Shown: positions 44,520 through 54,967 of the stretch, one piece after another
Numbering within the stretch: the stretch's first letter is position 1
Layout: each line of letters begins with the position of its first letter
Source of the DNA: a virus
IMG/VR virus record: IMGVR_UViG_3300045049_000070
Span: 1-64,000 of that record
Direction: 5' to 3' (one strand)
DNA: 64,000 nucleotides
Position numbers and translations under genes: made by a program
The notes under the pieces: generated by a model
Told to the model about the DNA's origin: nothing
The model's input: only the letters and a program-made list of their open reading frames with translations
The model's database searches: none

Positions 44520-47500
44520 GTGTCAGAGCTTTTAGGTAAGCGCTATCGTCCAGATGTTTGGACGTCCAAGAATGACTACGGCTTGTCCCTCCCTATCGAT
44601 GCGGACTGGAACGACAAGCCTCAGCGTGTGATGCTAGTTATCGAGACGATCGACAGTCAAGACCTTACGGAAGGTAGACTGCTCCACGAACGAGCACGCA
44701 CGGTAGTCCATAACCTCATTCAGTATTCTTGTATTCAGGCGAAGCACGAGTTTGGTTTCAAGCGTAAAGACTGTGCATTTGCCACTGTTAACTTCAATTC
44801 GTATAAGTTCTTTGACCAGCCGAAAGAAACTTGGCCAGGACATCGCCGTAAGATGGCGAAGCGTGTCTGGGAAATTATTGCCCAAAAGAAACCGACTCAT
44901 GTGATTGTGTTCGGCGATTGGGCAATGAAGGCTATGATGCCCGGCACTGATTGGCTGGAAAAGAAGCGCGGATGGGTGTTTGATGCTGATGCGCATGGGC
45001 ATCCAGTTAAGATCACTGGCACGTTGGACTTACAGCCACTATACTCGACTCGTAAGGAAGATACAAACAACGATGACGATGAAGGTGAAGAAGGTGACGT
45101 CTTCGGTAAGGCGAATCTGCTCTACTACGTCAGCCGCAACGTCATCAACGCACTCGCTGGTCGCAACCTCTACGATCTGAGCCACATCAAGCCCAATCCG
45201 GTGGTGGTCGACACTATCGAGAAGTTCGATAAGCTCTTCAAGAAACTGACTTCTAAGGAAGTGGTAGCAGTAGACACCGAAACCAAGAACGGTTCGGTTA
45301 ACCACAACGCGATCCACACAATTCAGTTTGCCTTTAATGAAGATAAAGGCTACCTGCTACCAATAGATCACCCACAAACTCCCTTCTCTAAAGAGGAGCG
45401 CAAGTACATAAAGAAGAAGTTGCGTAAATTCTTCGGTGCGGAGAGGGGTGCTATCCCACTGAAGTATCTAATCACACAGTATGGTATCTTCGACCTACGT
45501 GTGTTGCGTGTGGAACTCGGTTTGCCAATCATCTGGCATCGTGTGTGGGAGATCACAGCCGGCGAATGGTGCTTGGATGAGAATCTCAAATACTTGGCAG
45601 GGCAACCGTTCAATACACCACAAGGTGGATTGGAACAGATCTTCATGGTCTACGGCAATGGCCATTACAAGACTGCTCCGTTTGGTAAGGGTGATCGTGC
45701 TAACCCCGAGTTGACAAAGCTGACCAATCCAGACTTCATCGACTATGGTGTGCTAGACGTACAATCTATCTTCGGTATCCACTTGATGCAGATCAAGAGG
45801 GCATCAAAACTAAAGGTTGGGGACAAGGAGTTCACTCCGTTTTACAAACGTTTGGTACTACGACAGTTCTCAAACACTGTGCATGTGCTGTCTCACATGA
45901 AACAGAACGGAAGCACTGTAGACAAGGAATACCTGCAACTGCTTATTTCTAAAGACAGTCCGTTGCTGGAGCTGATCAGGAAAGCAAAGGCGGATCTACT
46001 TAAATACCCACAGGTACAGAAGGCGAACCGTGTTCTGTTGGCAGAATCGAGTGGACAACAATCTCACAAGGGACTGTTCAATCGCATTCAAACAGTATTC
46101 AGATGGAATAAGTCTCAACACTTGAAGACACTATTCTTCGGCATAATGAAGCTGAAGCCAGTGTCATTCTCGAAGAAGACAAAACTGCCATCTACTGACA
46201 AGTTCTTCATCAAGGCCTATCAGGATGAACATGAGCTTGTGAAGAAGTTCGGCGAATATCAGAAGCTGACAAAACTCTATTCCACATATGTGAAGGGATG
46301 GTGGAAAGTCCTGTCGAAGAACATCGACAGTCTGGCTGACTTCAAGTTGCGTCCAGACTATGGTTTCTTCTTGGTGGTAACAGGTCGTCTAAATTCGAGC
46401 AAGCCATCACTTCAGCAGGTACCAGCGCGTGGGGAAGTAGCGAAGTATATCAAGCGAATGTTCATCGCACGCGCAGGTCTGTTACTAATCAAATTCGACT
46501 ATAGCGCACACGAGATTAGATGCTGGTCTTACGTGTCAGGCGACGAAGTGCTGGCCGAACTGTTCAAGATAGGCCAGCGACTACGTAAGAAATTCCGTAA
46601 GGATCCAGATGCTGAAAAGGCAAAGGAGCTTAAGACCAAGGGTGATATTCACATCATCAACGCGTTCCACTTTTTTGCGCGCTGGATTGACAAGTCTGAT
46701 CCACTTCGTGATGCTATCAAACAGATCGTGTTCGGTGTGGTATACGGTAAGGGCGTGAAGGCGTTAGCTCGAGATATCAAGCAGACAGAAGAGCTTGCTC
46801 AAGAAATTATGGACAAGCTGTTTGCCAAGTATCCTAAAGCGACAAAGTGGTTGCATTGGTCTATGAACCACGCAATGGACTTTTTGTATACATATAGTCC
46901 TCTAGGAATGCGACGTAACCTGTTTGGCGTAATGACCGGAGTGAAGAGCATAGTTAGCGCTATGCGTCGCCGTGCAGCAAATAGTCCAATTCAGGGATTC
47001 GCGAGCCAGATCGGTGTTACCACCGCTCGTTTGATTACCGAAGAGCTGTACAGAACTTTGATGCATTTCGGGTACATGGACCGTAAAACTCGCGTGATGC
47101 CCGCTGACATCACCAAGGCCATTCACGATGCACTTCATACGGAAGCCCCATACGAAATCGTTTTGATCGTGCTACACGTTATTCAGTATACAGCTACATA
47201 TGGAGTTGCCAAGTGGTATAAGGACAACTATGGCGTAGACATGCTTGTCGAACCTGAGATCGAGATGGAAATTGGCGCTTCAGAAGACAAGATGTACAAA
47301 TGGGATTGGACCCAAAAGAAATGGGATAAGAGCGAGAAGCCTAGTGCATCTTCTCTGAAAGAGATCTTAGAGCAAGCAGTGAAAGACCAAGCGAAACTTG
47401 GCTTCTGCAAAGACCCTGAACTTGCTCTTGAGAAGATCTGGGAGCCTTACCGGAAACCTGAAGTCAAGCAATATCTGCTGACCAATTATCCAATCTTGGG

Positions 47501-47528
47501 CATGAGACCCAAAGCATCTAAGGAGTGA
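44520..47528 (+). CDS. family A DNA polymerase with N-terminal UDG-like and 3'-5' exonuclease domains
   Basis: AVDTET (Exo I), TGRLNSSKPSLQQ, DYSAHEIR (motif A), RDAIKQIVFGVVYG (B), IHDA (C). Confidence 0.95.
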   Translation: MSELLGKRYRPDVWTSKNDYGLSLPIDADWNDKPQRVMLVIETIDSQDLTEGRLLHERARTVVHNLIQYSCIQAKHEFGFKRKDCAFATVNFNSYKFFDQPKETWPGHRRKMAKRVWEIIAQKKPTHVIVFGDWAMKAMMPGTDWLEKKRGWVFDADAHGHPVKITGTLDLQPLYSTRKEDTNNDDDEGEEGDVFGKANLLYYVSRNVINALAGRNLYDLSHIKPNPVVVDTIEKFDKLFKKLTSKEVVAVDTETKNGSVNHNAIHTIQFAFNEDKGYLLPIDHPQTPFSKEERKYIKKKLRKFFGAERGAIPLKYLITQYGIFDLRVLRVELGLPIIWHRVWEITAGEWCLDENLKYLAGQPFNTPQGGLEQIFMVYGNGHYKTAPFGKGDRANPELTKLTNPDFIDYGVLDVQSIFGIHLMQIKRASKLKVGDKEFTPFYKRLVLRQFSNTVHVLSHMKQNGSTVDKEYLQLLISKDSPLLELIRKAKADLLKYPQVQKANRVLLAESSGQQSHKGLFNRIQTVFRWNKSQHLKTLFFGIMKLKPVSFSKKTKLPSTDKFFIKAYQDEHELVKKFGEYQKLTKLYSTYVKGWWKVLSKNIDSLADFKLRPDYGFFLVVTGRLNSSKPSLQQVPARGEVAKYIKRMFIARAGLLLIKFDYSAHEIRCWSYVSGDEVLAELFKIGQRLRKKFRKDPDAEKAKELKTKGDIHIINAFHFFARWIDKSDPLRDAIKQIVFGVVYGKGVKALARDIKQTEELAQEIMDKLFAKYPKATKWLHWSMNHAMDFLYTYSPLGMRRNLFGVMTGVKSIVSAMRRRAANSPIQGFASQIGVTTARLITEELYRTLMHFGYMDRKTRVMPADITKAIHDALHTEAPYEIVLIVLHVIQYTATYGVAKWYKDNYGVDMLVEPEIEMEIGASEDKMYKWDWTQKKWDKSEKPSASSLKEILEQAVKDQAKLGFCKDPELALEKIWEPYRKPEVKQYLLTNYPILGMRPKASKE

Positions 47529-48691
47529 CACGCGTGAAGGCAATTCGTAACTGGTTCTCGAAGACATTCGGCAACAATCAAATGTCTGCGGATCATGAAC
47601 CAGTGTCCATAGATCGTAGGGTAAAGGTTCTCTTTATCCTCAAATTCCGTGAAGTGGAAGACAAAGACTGCGGTGTTTACAGTGTTCCTGGATTCAGCTC
47701 GGGTTTGTTCAACTCTGCTCGTATGGTCAGTAGTATGTTGGCCCTGGAAACAGATGGACGATTCGAGTCAAAATTGGTTCATGTGGTAGACAACAACGAC
47801 ATTGATCGAGAAGTCACAAAATACGCAGCAGACGTAGTGATTATTGAAGCATTCTGGGTAGTGCCGGAAAAGTTCGAGATCCTGCAGAAGCTGCACCCTA
47901 AAGTGAAGTGGATTATCCGTAATCACAGTAACGTACCGTTCTTGGCGCAAGAAGGTGTGATCATGCGATGGATCGGAGAGTACATCAAATTCGACAACGT
48001 CTACGTAGGCACTAATACGAAGGAATCTCTGCACGATTTACGGGAAGCAATGACCGCAACCGTCGGTCATTTCTTTGCGCACCGAAAGGTACTGTACTTT
48101 CCGAACTATTACAAGAATGAAACGCCTGCTATCGATTGGGAGTCTAAATGGCGTGAAGTTGGTGAACTACACATTGGATGCTTCGGTGCTATTAGGCCGC
48201 TGAAGAACCATCTAGTTCAAGCAGTGGCAGCCATCAAGGTAGCACGCCAGTTGAATAAGGAACTCTACTTCCATGTGAACGCCGGCCGCTATGAAACTGG
48301 TGGTCTTCCTGTAATGCACAACTTACGTGGCTTATTTGACCATCAGTCGAGAGCTAATCTTGTTGAGCATAAGTGGATGAAGCATCAAGACTTCTTAAAG
48401 CTGGTTGGCTCGATGGATGTTGCAATGCAGGTATCTTTGTCAGAGACGTTTAACATTGTAACAGCCGATGCTGTGATGATGAACGTTCCTGTGATAGTAA
48501 GTCCAGAAGTCTTCTGGGTGAACGATCGTTATTACGCACATCCAAACAACGCAAACGAGATAGCAGAGCGCCTGATGCGCGTTCTACTCGAAGAGAAGGA
48601 CCGTCACTCAATAAACAAACATCACTTGACGGTCTACAATAGTGAGAGCAAGGACGCCATTCTAGAGACATTACACGAGGTGTATCAATGA
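47525..48691 (+). CDS. GT-B (family 4-like) glycosyltransferase
   Basis: FGAIRPLKN and SETFNIVTADAV..NVPVI nucleotide-sugar motifs. Confidence 0.8.
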   Translation: MTRVKAIRNWFSKTFGNNQMSADHEPVSIDRRVKVLFILKFREVEDKDCGVYSVPGFSSGLFNSARMVSSMLALETDGRFESKLVHVVDNNDIDREVTKYAADVVIIEAFWVVPEKFEILQKLHPKVKWIIRNHSNVPFLAQEGVIMRWIGEYIKFDNVYVGTNTKESLHDLREAMTATVGHFFAHRKVLYFPNYYKNETPAIDWESKWREVGELHIGCFGAIRPLKNHLVQAVAAIKVARQLNKELYFHVNAGRYETGGLPVMHNLRGLFDHQSRANLVEHKWMKHQDFLKLVGSMDVAMQVSLSETFNIVTADAVMMNVPVIVSPEVFWVNDRYYAHPNNANEIAERLMRVLLEEKDRHSINKHHLTVYNSESKDAILETLHEVYQ

Positions 48692-49611
48692 AAAAAGCAT
48701 ATTGGATGCGTGACAATCATACGTTCAGGCCAATTCCATTAGATATGGAAGAAGCCATTGAAGTAATTCGTGAAGAGTTCACTGAAAGTTGGGCAGGTAC
48801 GCTGTGTAGTAAAGTAGCAGGAACCAAAATGTTGCATGGGACGAATACCGAGTTTACGGCTTTCGAACCATTGGCACGGAAATGGTTACAGAACTACTAC
48901 GATTTGATTCAAAAAGAACCGGAACCTGCGTGGGTAGGGTGCAGTGAGTGTGACTGTACTTTTTCCTGCTACGACGGGAAAGCTCGCTGCATTCGTTTAG
49001 AGCCAATTAGAACCCCGGACGACGAACAAGGGGGCTACCAGACTGAGAGACAGACACAGAAGATTGGGGTCGATACACCGCTCGATCAGCTGACTGACTT
49101 CCAGAAAGGCGCAAGAGCCATGTTTGATGTATTACACGTCAGAGCCGCTAACAACTGGCATCCGCGCTATATGGATAGTTGCGATAAGGAAAACAAGTTG
49201 ATCCAGGAATGGGCAACGGATGCATTAGGTGAAGTTGATCCAAATTCACTGGACGAATGGAAGACTGCAGACCAAATGTTCACAGATGGCGTGCGATTGG
49301 GTAAAGCACAAGCGTATGCGGAGAAGACGAATACGGTTATCGTTCGTGAATTCCAAGAAATGAACATTGCAATCTACATGGGTGTCATCAGTTCGATATT
49401 CATGTCGTTTGGATGCGTAGGAATGTACAGGGGAGCTGGCTGGACAACTCCTACATTCGTTCTTATAGCCTTTAACCTAGTGCTACTGATGTGCACCGGA
49501 ATCGTATTCGCTCAACAACGATCATTAAGACGCGTGCAAAAGAATGGATTCTATCCACCGGCTCCACTACCTCCATCACGTCCTCCTGAAGGATGGTCAC
49601 CAAAGATGTGA
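48688..49611 (+). CDS. hypothetical protein with two C-terminal TM helices
   Basis: GAGGTG RBS; CSECDC motif. Confidence 0.7.
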   Translation: MKKAYWMRDNHTFRPIPLDMEEAIEVIREEFTESWAGTLCSKVAGTKMLHGTNTEFTAFEPLARKWLQNYYDLIQKEPEPAWVGCSECDCTFSCYDGKARCIRLEPIRTPDDEQGGYQTERQTQKIGVDTPLDQLTDFQKGARAMFDVLHVRAANNWHPRYMDSCDKENKLIQEWATDALGEVDPNSLDEWKTADQMFTDGVRLGKAQAYAEKTNTVIVREFQEMNIAIYMGVISSIFMSFGCVGMYRGAGWTTPTFVLIAFNLVLLMCTGIVFAQQRSLRRVQKNGFYPPAPLPPSRPPEGWSPKM

Positions 49612-49618
49612 GGGTAAC

Positions 49619-49810
49619 ATGGAGTTCATCTACTGCCATCTATACAACGTCAACACTGAGAGGAGTATTTGCAAGGCACAGTTCAGAGCGATCCCACTAC
49701 GTGGGGATCTTATCTGGGATCAGAATACTTCTCGTCGTTTCCGTGTAGTAGAGATCGAACACTACACTGGAGGAGATGTCATCATACACGTTAAACAGGA
49801 GAGAGAATGA
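49619..49810 (+). CDS. small hypothetical protein
   Basis: MEFIYCHL after GAGGG RBS; coupled to the next gene. Confidence 0.55.
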   Translation: MEFIYCHLYNVNTERSICKAQFRAIPLRGDLIWDQNTSRRFRVVEIEHYTGGDVIIHVKQERE

Positions 49811-50280
49811 ACTACGAATGTCATATCACTGTCAATACTGCAGATGCCAAGAAGGCCACAAAGATTGCAGAAGAACAGCACTGGAAAACTAGTGAGATCG
49901 CGCGCGATCCAGTGCTTGGTGATAAGAATTTCTTCTATCTGACTACACATACCAATAGTTATGCATTGATGTTATCGCGAATGTCGCGTTGTGCAGAAGC
50001 GTTGAGATCCTGGGACGTTGAAGTAATTCGTGAGAAAATCGAGCTTATCATCCACGACACTAAGACCAATCGCATTGCGTGTGCAAGTGATGTTTTAGAA
50101 TCAGAATCAATGGTTGCCATTAAGACGAAAACTCAAAGGCCGACAGTACGTTTCGTAAAACAATGCGAGCAGCATAGTGGCATGCCGTTCAAAGCATTTG
50201 CGTCATATTCTGGATCATATCTGACAGAATCATATTGCCCAAATTGTGAAGAGTCTGCTGACAATGTCCGCCCTAGATAG
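49807..50280 (+). CDS. hypothetical protein
   Basis: YECHITV ... REKIE pattern; AGGAG RBS. Confidence 0.7.
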   Translation: MNYECHITVNTADAKKATKIAEEQHWKTSEIARDPVLGDKNFFYLTTHTNSYALMLSRMSRCAEALRSWDVEVIREKIELIIHDTKTNRIACASDVLESESMVAIKTKTQRPTVRFVKQCEQHSGMPFKAFASYSGSYLTESYCPNCEESADNVRPR

Positions 50281-50992
50281 TGAAATCCATGGTGGTCTGT
50301 TGGTAAATATTCTGAACCTAGATAGGATGGAACCAATAACTTTTCCATTCGATGATAGTGTTCCGACCAACGGTGTAAATACAAAGCGCGGTAACCAGAT
50401 CAAGGAATATGATCCAACTACAGTCAATCCTTTTGATTACTGGCACAGTAGCAGAAACGCATCAAAGCAGAATATCTTTGTTGTAGAGCGCGGAATCACT
50501 GTAGAAGGTAGAATGGTAGGACACGAGGCTGATCGTGTTCTAAGGCATACTCTTCATCATGTAGTTACGATGAACGAGGGAACTAGACGCGAAGAACGTC
50601 AGGATATGTTAGAACAGGTGACTAGTGCAGTGATGCCAAACCTATCTAGTCCGGCAATGATAAGCATGGAGATGCAATCTAGCCAGCCAAAGTTCTTGTT
50701 GATTTCTAGAGAGATTCCTATCTATATAAACGTATTCTGCGACGAAGCATGCATGTTATTGGTCTGGTCGAATGAAAAGCAAATCGAAAGTCGCATGCGC
50801 GAGCATTATGGCAATCGATTCGTTGTCTACAGAATGCCCCCGATTGTAAATAGCGTGTGTGTTGTACAGACATATTTCTTGCGTAAACGCATTAAGCGAT
50901 GGCGAAATGAAATGCGCGGTGATAATTTGAGGCTTCTAAATGCGTTAGAAGGATTCATATTTAGACGCGCAAAGCAGGATGATAGAGAATGA
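50246..50992 (+). CDS. hypothetical protein
   Basis: 248 aa ORF within the operon. Confidence 0.7.
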   Translation: MKSLLTMSALDSEIHGGLLVNILNLDRMEPITFPFDDSVPTNGVNTKRGNQIKEYDPTTVNPFDYWHSSRNASKQNIFVVERGITVEGRMVGHEADRVLRHTLHHVVTMNEGTRREERQDMLEQVTSAVMPNLSSPAMISMEMQSSQPKFLLISREIPIYINVFCDEACMLLVWSNEKQIESRMREHYGNRFVVYRMPPIVNSVCVVQTYFLRKRIKRWRNEMRGDNLRLLNALEGFIFRRAKQDDRE

Positions 50993-51204
50993 GTTACAGG
51001 CAACAGTTAGAAAGTATCTTTACTGATATAGAATTAAACGTACTCGAACAGATGGTCTCATTCGAATCTTCTACGGATACTGGATCAGATCATGTGAATA
51101 GCATGTCAGCAGCCGAGAAACGTGCCAGGATTTCTATTCTAGATAAGATCAATGGAAAACAAAATATCCGGCAGTCAACAACTACGCCACCGAGCAAGTT
51201 GTAA
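50989..51204 (+). CDS. hypothetical protein
   Basis: Coupled ATGA start. Confidence 0.55.
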   Translation: MSYRQQLESIFTDIELNVLEQMVSFESSTDTGSDHVNSMSAAEKRARISILDKINGKQNIRQSTTTPPSKL

Positions 51205-51250
51205 ATGAAGCCCATGTGCAACAGGCATAAACCAGAAGGAAAGGAAATAG

Positions 51251-52474
51251 GTGACTAGAGCCCGCTTTAGAACTGAGCGGACGTTTGAAGACACGCAGAA
51301 CTTCTCCAAAGAACCAAGAGCCGAAGACATCGTAGATGTTCTGAAGTATCCACCAAAAGATTGGCTTACTGTTAGAGCAGTAGGTCCAGTAGTGGCAAAT
51401 GGTGGACATTGGGTAAATACGGAGCCTCCTGCAAAGGACAAGAAGACGAAAGCCTTCTATGTTCCTTGTCTTGCGTTCGATCCAAAAACAGAAGAACGAG
51501 ATAGCACCAAATATTGTGCGTGGTGCGCTGATACAAGCGGTTGGGTTCGTCCTGCTCTCGACTACTGGCAGAACTTCATTGTGCGTGAACTGGAAGAGAA
51601 CATGCCTGCGAAGTTGAAAGAGCCAACGAAGAAGGAACGGAAAACTGGCTTCAAGGAAAAGGGCAGCAACTCCTGGACTCCTTGCAAAGCTGGTCGTATT
51701 ACACCCGGCTTCATGCGTGACTTGAAGAAGTCAGCGTCTCTTAATCGTCACAAAAACAAAGACGGAGAGAAGAAGGCATATGCTCTGAGCCATGTTAAGT
51801 GCGGTGTAGATCTGGAAATCATGTATGACCCGGATGAAGCACCAGCCAAGAAGTATTCGCTGCAGAAGGGTGAGAAGCGCACGCCGCTTACAGAAGAACA
51901 GCAAGAATATCTATTGCAGCCCATCGAGAATCTTAACATTACGTTTAAGGCAGAAGCTGAAGCAGATGGCGATGAAGAAAAACTTGCCAAATTGCTAAAA
52001 GCACTCGAAAAGAAGTGGACGTCTGAGCACGAAGGTTGGCTCAAGCGTATGAAGAAGAAATGGAAGTCCAAGTTCGGATCAGAGGGTGACGACGAGGACG
52101 ATGACGATGATGACGATGATGAGGACGATGATGATCGTCCTAAGGGTAAAGGCAAGAAGGGTAAGAAGTCTGCAGGCAAGAAATCTAGTCGAGACGAAGA
52201 CGATGACGACGATTCCGACGAGGATGATGACGACAACGAATTCGACTCAGACAAGAAGTCTTCAAAGAAGTCCAAGAAGTCAAAGCATCGTGATGATGAA
52301 GACGATGACGAAGATGACGATGAAGATTCCGACGACGATGACGACGAAGATGAGGACGACGAGCCCAAGTCTAAGAAGAAGTCGAAGAAGGGCAAAAAGT
52401 CCAAGAAGTCACGTGACGACGATGATGACGAGGACGAAGATGACGATGATGACGACGAAGACGATGATGACTGA
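51251..52474 (+). CDS. putative single-stranded DNA-binding protein (gp32-like) with long D/E- and K-block tail
   Basis: HWV..PC...CAWC Zn site, G.DLEI.YD, acidic tail; located between pol and recA. Confidence 0.65.
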   Translation: MTRARFRTERTFEDTQNFSKEPRAEDIVDVLKYPPKDWLTVRAVGPVVANGGHWVNTEPPAKDKKTKAFYVPCLAFDPKTEERDSTKYCAWCADTSGWVRPALDYWQNFIVRELEENMPAKLKEPTKKERKTGFKEKGSNSWTPCKAGRITPGFMRDLKKSASLNRHKNKDGEKKAYALSHVKCGVDLEIMYDPDEAPAKKYSLQKGEKRTPLTEEQQEYLLQPIENLNITFKAEAEADGDEEKLAKLLKALEKKWTSEHEGWLKRMKKKWKSKFGSEGDDEDDDDDDDDEDDDDRPKGKGKKGKKSAGKKSSRDEDDDDDSDEDDDDNEFDSDKKSSKKSKKSKHRDDEDDDEDDDEDSDDDDDEDEDDEPKSKKKSKKGKKSKKSRDDDDDEDEDDDDDDEDDDD

Positions 52475-52535
52475 GTCGACAACCAATCAATCTGAAATTA
52501 ACCACAATCACGTAAACTCCGGAGTTTAACACCAA

Positions 52536-53027
52536 ATGGCAAAGATGGATAAAGCAGTCGCGAAGAAGTTTGAAGAAGTCGACGAGAAGCTGGAAGCTTT
52601 GAAGAAGGCTCTTGCTAAACTCGCAAAGGGTGGCAAGGCCGACAAGAAGGGTAAGGCGGATGACGACGAGGATGACGAAGACTTCGACCTCGACGAAGAC
52701 GACGACGTAGAAGAGTCTGGAAAGAAGGGCAAGAAAGCCGCAAAGAAGGCAGCTAAAAAGGCTGGAAAGAAAGGCGGTAAGAAAGCCAAGGACGAAGACG
52801 ATGACGACGATTCCGACGAGGATGACGACGACTCTGATGATGACGAGGACGACGAGCCAAAAGGCAAGAAGGGTAAGAAGGCTGCCAAGAAAGCTGCTAA
52901 GAAGGGTGGCAAGAAGGGCAAAAAGTCTGATGACGACGATGACGATGACGACGATTCCGACGAGGATGACGACGGAGACGACGATGATGACGACTCCGAT
53001 GATGACTTCGACGATGACGACGAGTAA
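52536..53027 (+). CDS. low-complexity Lys/Ala- and Asp-block protein (histone-like/IDP)
   Basis: KKAAKKAAKK repeats alternating with poly-D tracts; GGAG RBS; followed by a terminator. Confidence 0.8.
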   Translation: MAKMDKAVAKKFEEVDEKLEALKKALAKLAKGGKADKKGKADDDEDDEDFDLDEDDDVEESGKKGKKAAKKAAKKAGKKGGKKAKDEDDDDDSDEDDDDSDDDEDDEPKGKKGKKAAKKAAKKGGKKGKKSDDDDDDDDDSDEDDDGDDDDDDSDDDFDDDDE

Positions 53028-53053
53028 TCTTAATCACCTAGGCTGATTAGAAT

Positions 53054-53095
53054 CGGGGCCTGCCTGCTGTGCGCGGGTATGGCCCCGTTTTTCTT
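53054..53095 (+). terminator. rho-independent terminator
   Basis: CGGGGCC...GGCCCCG-TTTTTCTT. Confidence 0.8.
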
Positions 53096-53127
53096 GGTAG
53101 ATTCAAACAATCTAGTGTAGGACAAGC

Positions 53128-54780
53128 ATGGCAACAAAGGTCAAGGGCAGCAAAAAGGGTAAGACTGAGGATAAAGCAAAACGCCGTAAGCTAAAAGAAC
53201 GCGAACGTGCGGCGAAGGCGAAGTCGAAGGCCAAAGCAAAGAAGAAGGGTGGCCGCACTGAAGCCCTTGAAGAAGGTGAAGAGATTGAGCCAGCAAAAGG
53301 CCAACGTGGAAAGAAGGTCAAGGAACACGCCGATGAGCCAGAAGCGCGAAAACTCGCTTATGGAAAAGGTATCAAAGCACCGGCTGAGATCCCGGGTCTA
53401 GACATTGATGATGTTCTAAACACTATTGAAAAGAAGACAGGCCTGTCTTCTACTGGCATGGGTGGGGAAGGTGACACACGTATGTCTACCGGACTGCTGA
53501 TGCTTGACCTCATTTCTGGTGGCGGTATCACAGCCGGATGGTATACGACGTTTGGTGAAGAGCAGTCATGTAAGTCAACTCTGGCTATGGCGCTATCCGC
53601 ATTTGCTGTAACACAGGATGTGCCAATAATCGCATATGCCGATTTTGAGGGCTCCACTACTCCTAACTATGTTCAGAACATCCTGAACACGATGGGTGTT
53701 AAAGCTACTGTTGAAGATGTGTTCGGCGTCAAGGACAGGATGGGCAACTATGTGAAACGCCCCCGCATTCGTTACCTGCCCTGCGATACGGCAGAACAGT
53801 TCTTCGATTACTTGGCAATGTTAGAACGCACGTTGCCTGATAAGGTTTTTGAAGCTGGTGAATGGTGGTATGTCTACGAAAACACCAATGAGAATCGTAA
53901 GAAACTGGCGAAGACTGGGCACGAATACGACAAGAAACGTTTCTCCAAATACAACAAATTCTATGTACCAGCTGAGAACGGTGGGCTGCAAGCACTTCTG
54001 ATTACAGACTCCTATCCTGCTATGCTGCCAGAACGCCTAGACGTCGATGAGCCGGGCGCCGGTCTGGCGGCAGTTGCACGTATGTTTGCCGAACAGCTTC
54101 CACGAGTGAAGGGCAAGATGCGTAAGAAGCGCATTGCCGTTATCGGTGTCAACCAATTGCGTGATGTTCCGATGGCGAAGTACGGTCCGCCAAAGAAGCA
54201 GGCTGCAGGTAATGCAGTGCGTTTCTATTCTGATGTTCGTTTTCAAAACACTGCTCGTGCTTTGTCTGCTATCAGTGATGCTAGACCATCTAAAGATAGT
54301 CCGTACGAAGTTGAGAACAGTGTGGAGTACGAAGGCAAAGACTACTACCGCTACATCGACGTTCGTGGAGAAAAGAACAAATTCAGTCAGCCTAATCTCA
54401 GATGCTGGTTGCGCCTATGGGTAGAAGACGGCAACGGTAACGCACGCGGTTTTGATCCAGTTTGGGACACTTATGAATATCTGCGTGCCACTGGTCAAAT
54501 GATCGGTAGTCGTAAAAAGAAGCTCCAGATGAAACTGGAAGGTAACGAAGCACGAAAACCCATCGAGTGGGAAGACTTCAAGACCCTCATACTTGGTGAG
54601 AAGAAAGAGATTGCAGCCATCTGTAAGAAGATTGGCATGAAGCCTTGCTTTGTGCGTAAAGTCTGTTTCCGTCAGATGGAAAAGAAAAAAGGCATCGATA
54701 TGTACTTCGAGCAACGCCGTAAGAAGGCGATGGCGAAGGGTAGCGATGACGATGATGAAACTGGTGGAGATGATGAGTAA
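53128..54780 (+). CDS. recA: RecA/UvsX-like recombinase
   Basis: STG..MLD..GGG, GEEQSCKST, DFEG, ITDS, GVNQLR, GNAVRFYSDVR, KNK. Confidence 0.9.
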   Translation: MATKVKGSKKGKTEDKAKRRKLKERERAAKAKSKAKAKKKGGRTEALEEGEEIEPAKGQRGKKVKEHADEPEARKLAYGKGIKAPAEIPGLDIDDVLNTIEKKTGLSSTGMGGEGDTRMSTGLLMLDLISGGGITAGWYTTFGEEQSCKSTLAMALSAFAVTQDVPIIAYADFEGSTTPNYVQNILNTMGVKATVEDVFGVKDRMGNYVKRPRIRYLPCDTAEQFFDYLAMLERTLPDKVFEAGEWWYVYENTNENRKKLAKTGHEYDKKRFSKYNKFYVPAENGGLQALLITDSYPAMLPERLDVDEPGAGLAAVARMFAEQLPRVKGKMRKKRIAVIGVNQLRDVPMAKYGPPKKQAAGNAVRFYSDVRFQNTARALSAISDARPSKDSPYEVENSVEYEGKDYYRYIDVRGEKNKFSQPNLRCWLRLWVEDGNGNARGFDPVWDTYEYLRATGQMIGSRKKKLQMKLEGNEARKPIEWEDFKTLILGEKKEIAAICKKIGMKPCFVRKVCFRQMEKKKGIDMYFEQRRKKAMAKGSDDDDETGGDDE

Positions 54781-54967
54781 TACACTACGATTCAAGGAAG
54801 AAGATTTCCCAAAGGTAAAACGTATGATGGATCAGGCAGGTGTCTACGGCACGTACTTCTTCCAGAACGGTAGCGTAGACGTTACTTACACGCCGGAAAG
54901 CCTAGCACAGTTCGCTCGCTTTAAGAGGGGAGCACAAGAAGATGCCAAACGGCAAACGCTCCACTAA
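54770..54967 (+). CDS. small hypothetical protein
   Basis: MMSNTLRF start overlapping the recA end. Confidence 0.5.
   Translation: MMSNTLRFKEEDFPKVKRMMDQAGVYGTYFFQNGSVDVTYTPESLAQFARFKRGAQEDAKRQTLH

Noticed and set aside
51748-52921. Long minus-strand poly-Ser ORFs (51748..52482, 52526..52921) and Met/Thr-rich alternative + frames
   Set aside because: Shadows of the GAY/GAR/AAG low-complexity codons of the real + strand genes.
52080-53027. GAC/GAT repeats as a CRISPR array or satellite
   Set aside because: They are in-frame Asp/Glu codon runs with no constant repeat and unique spacer periodicity.
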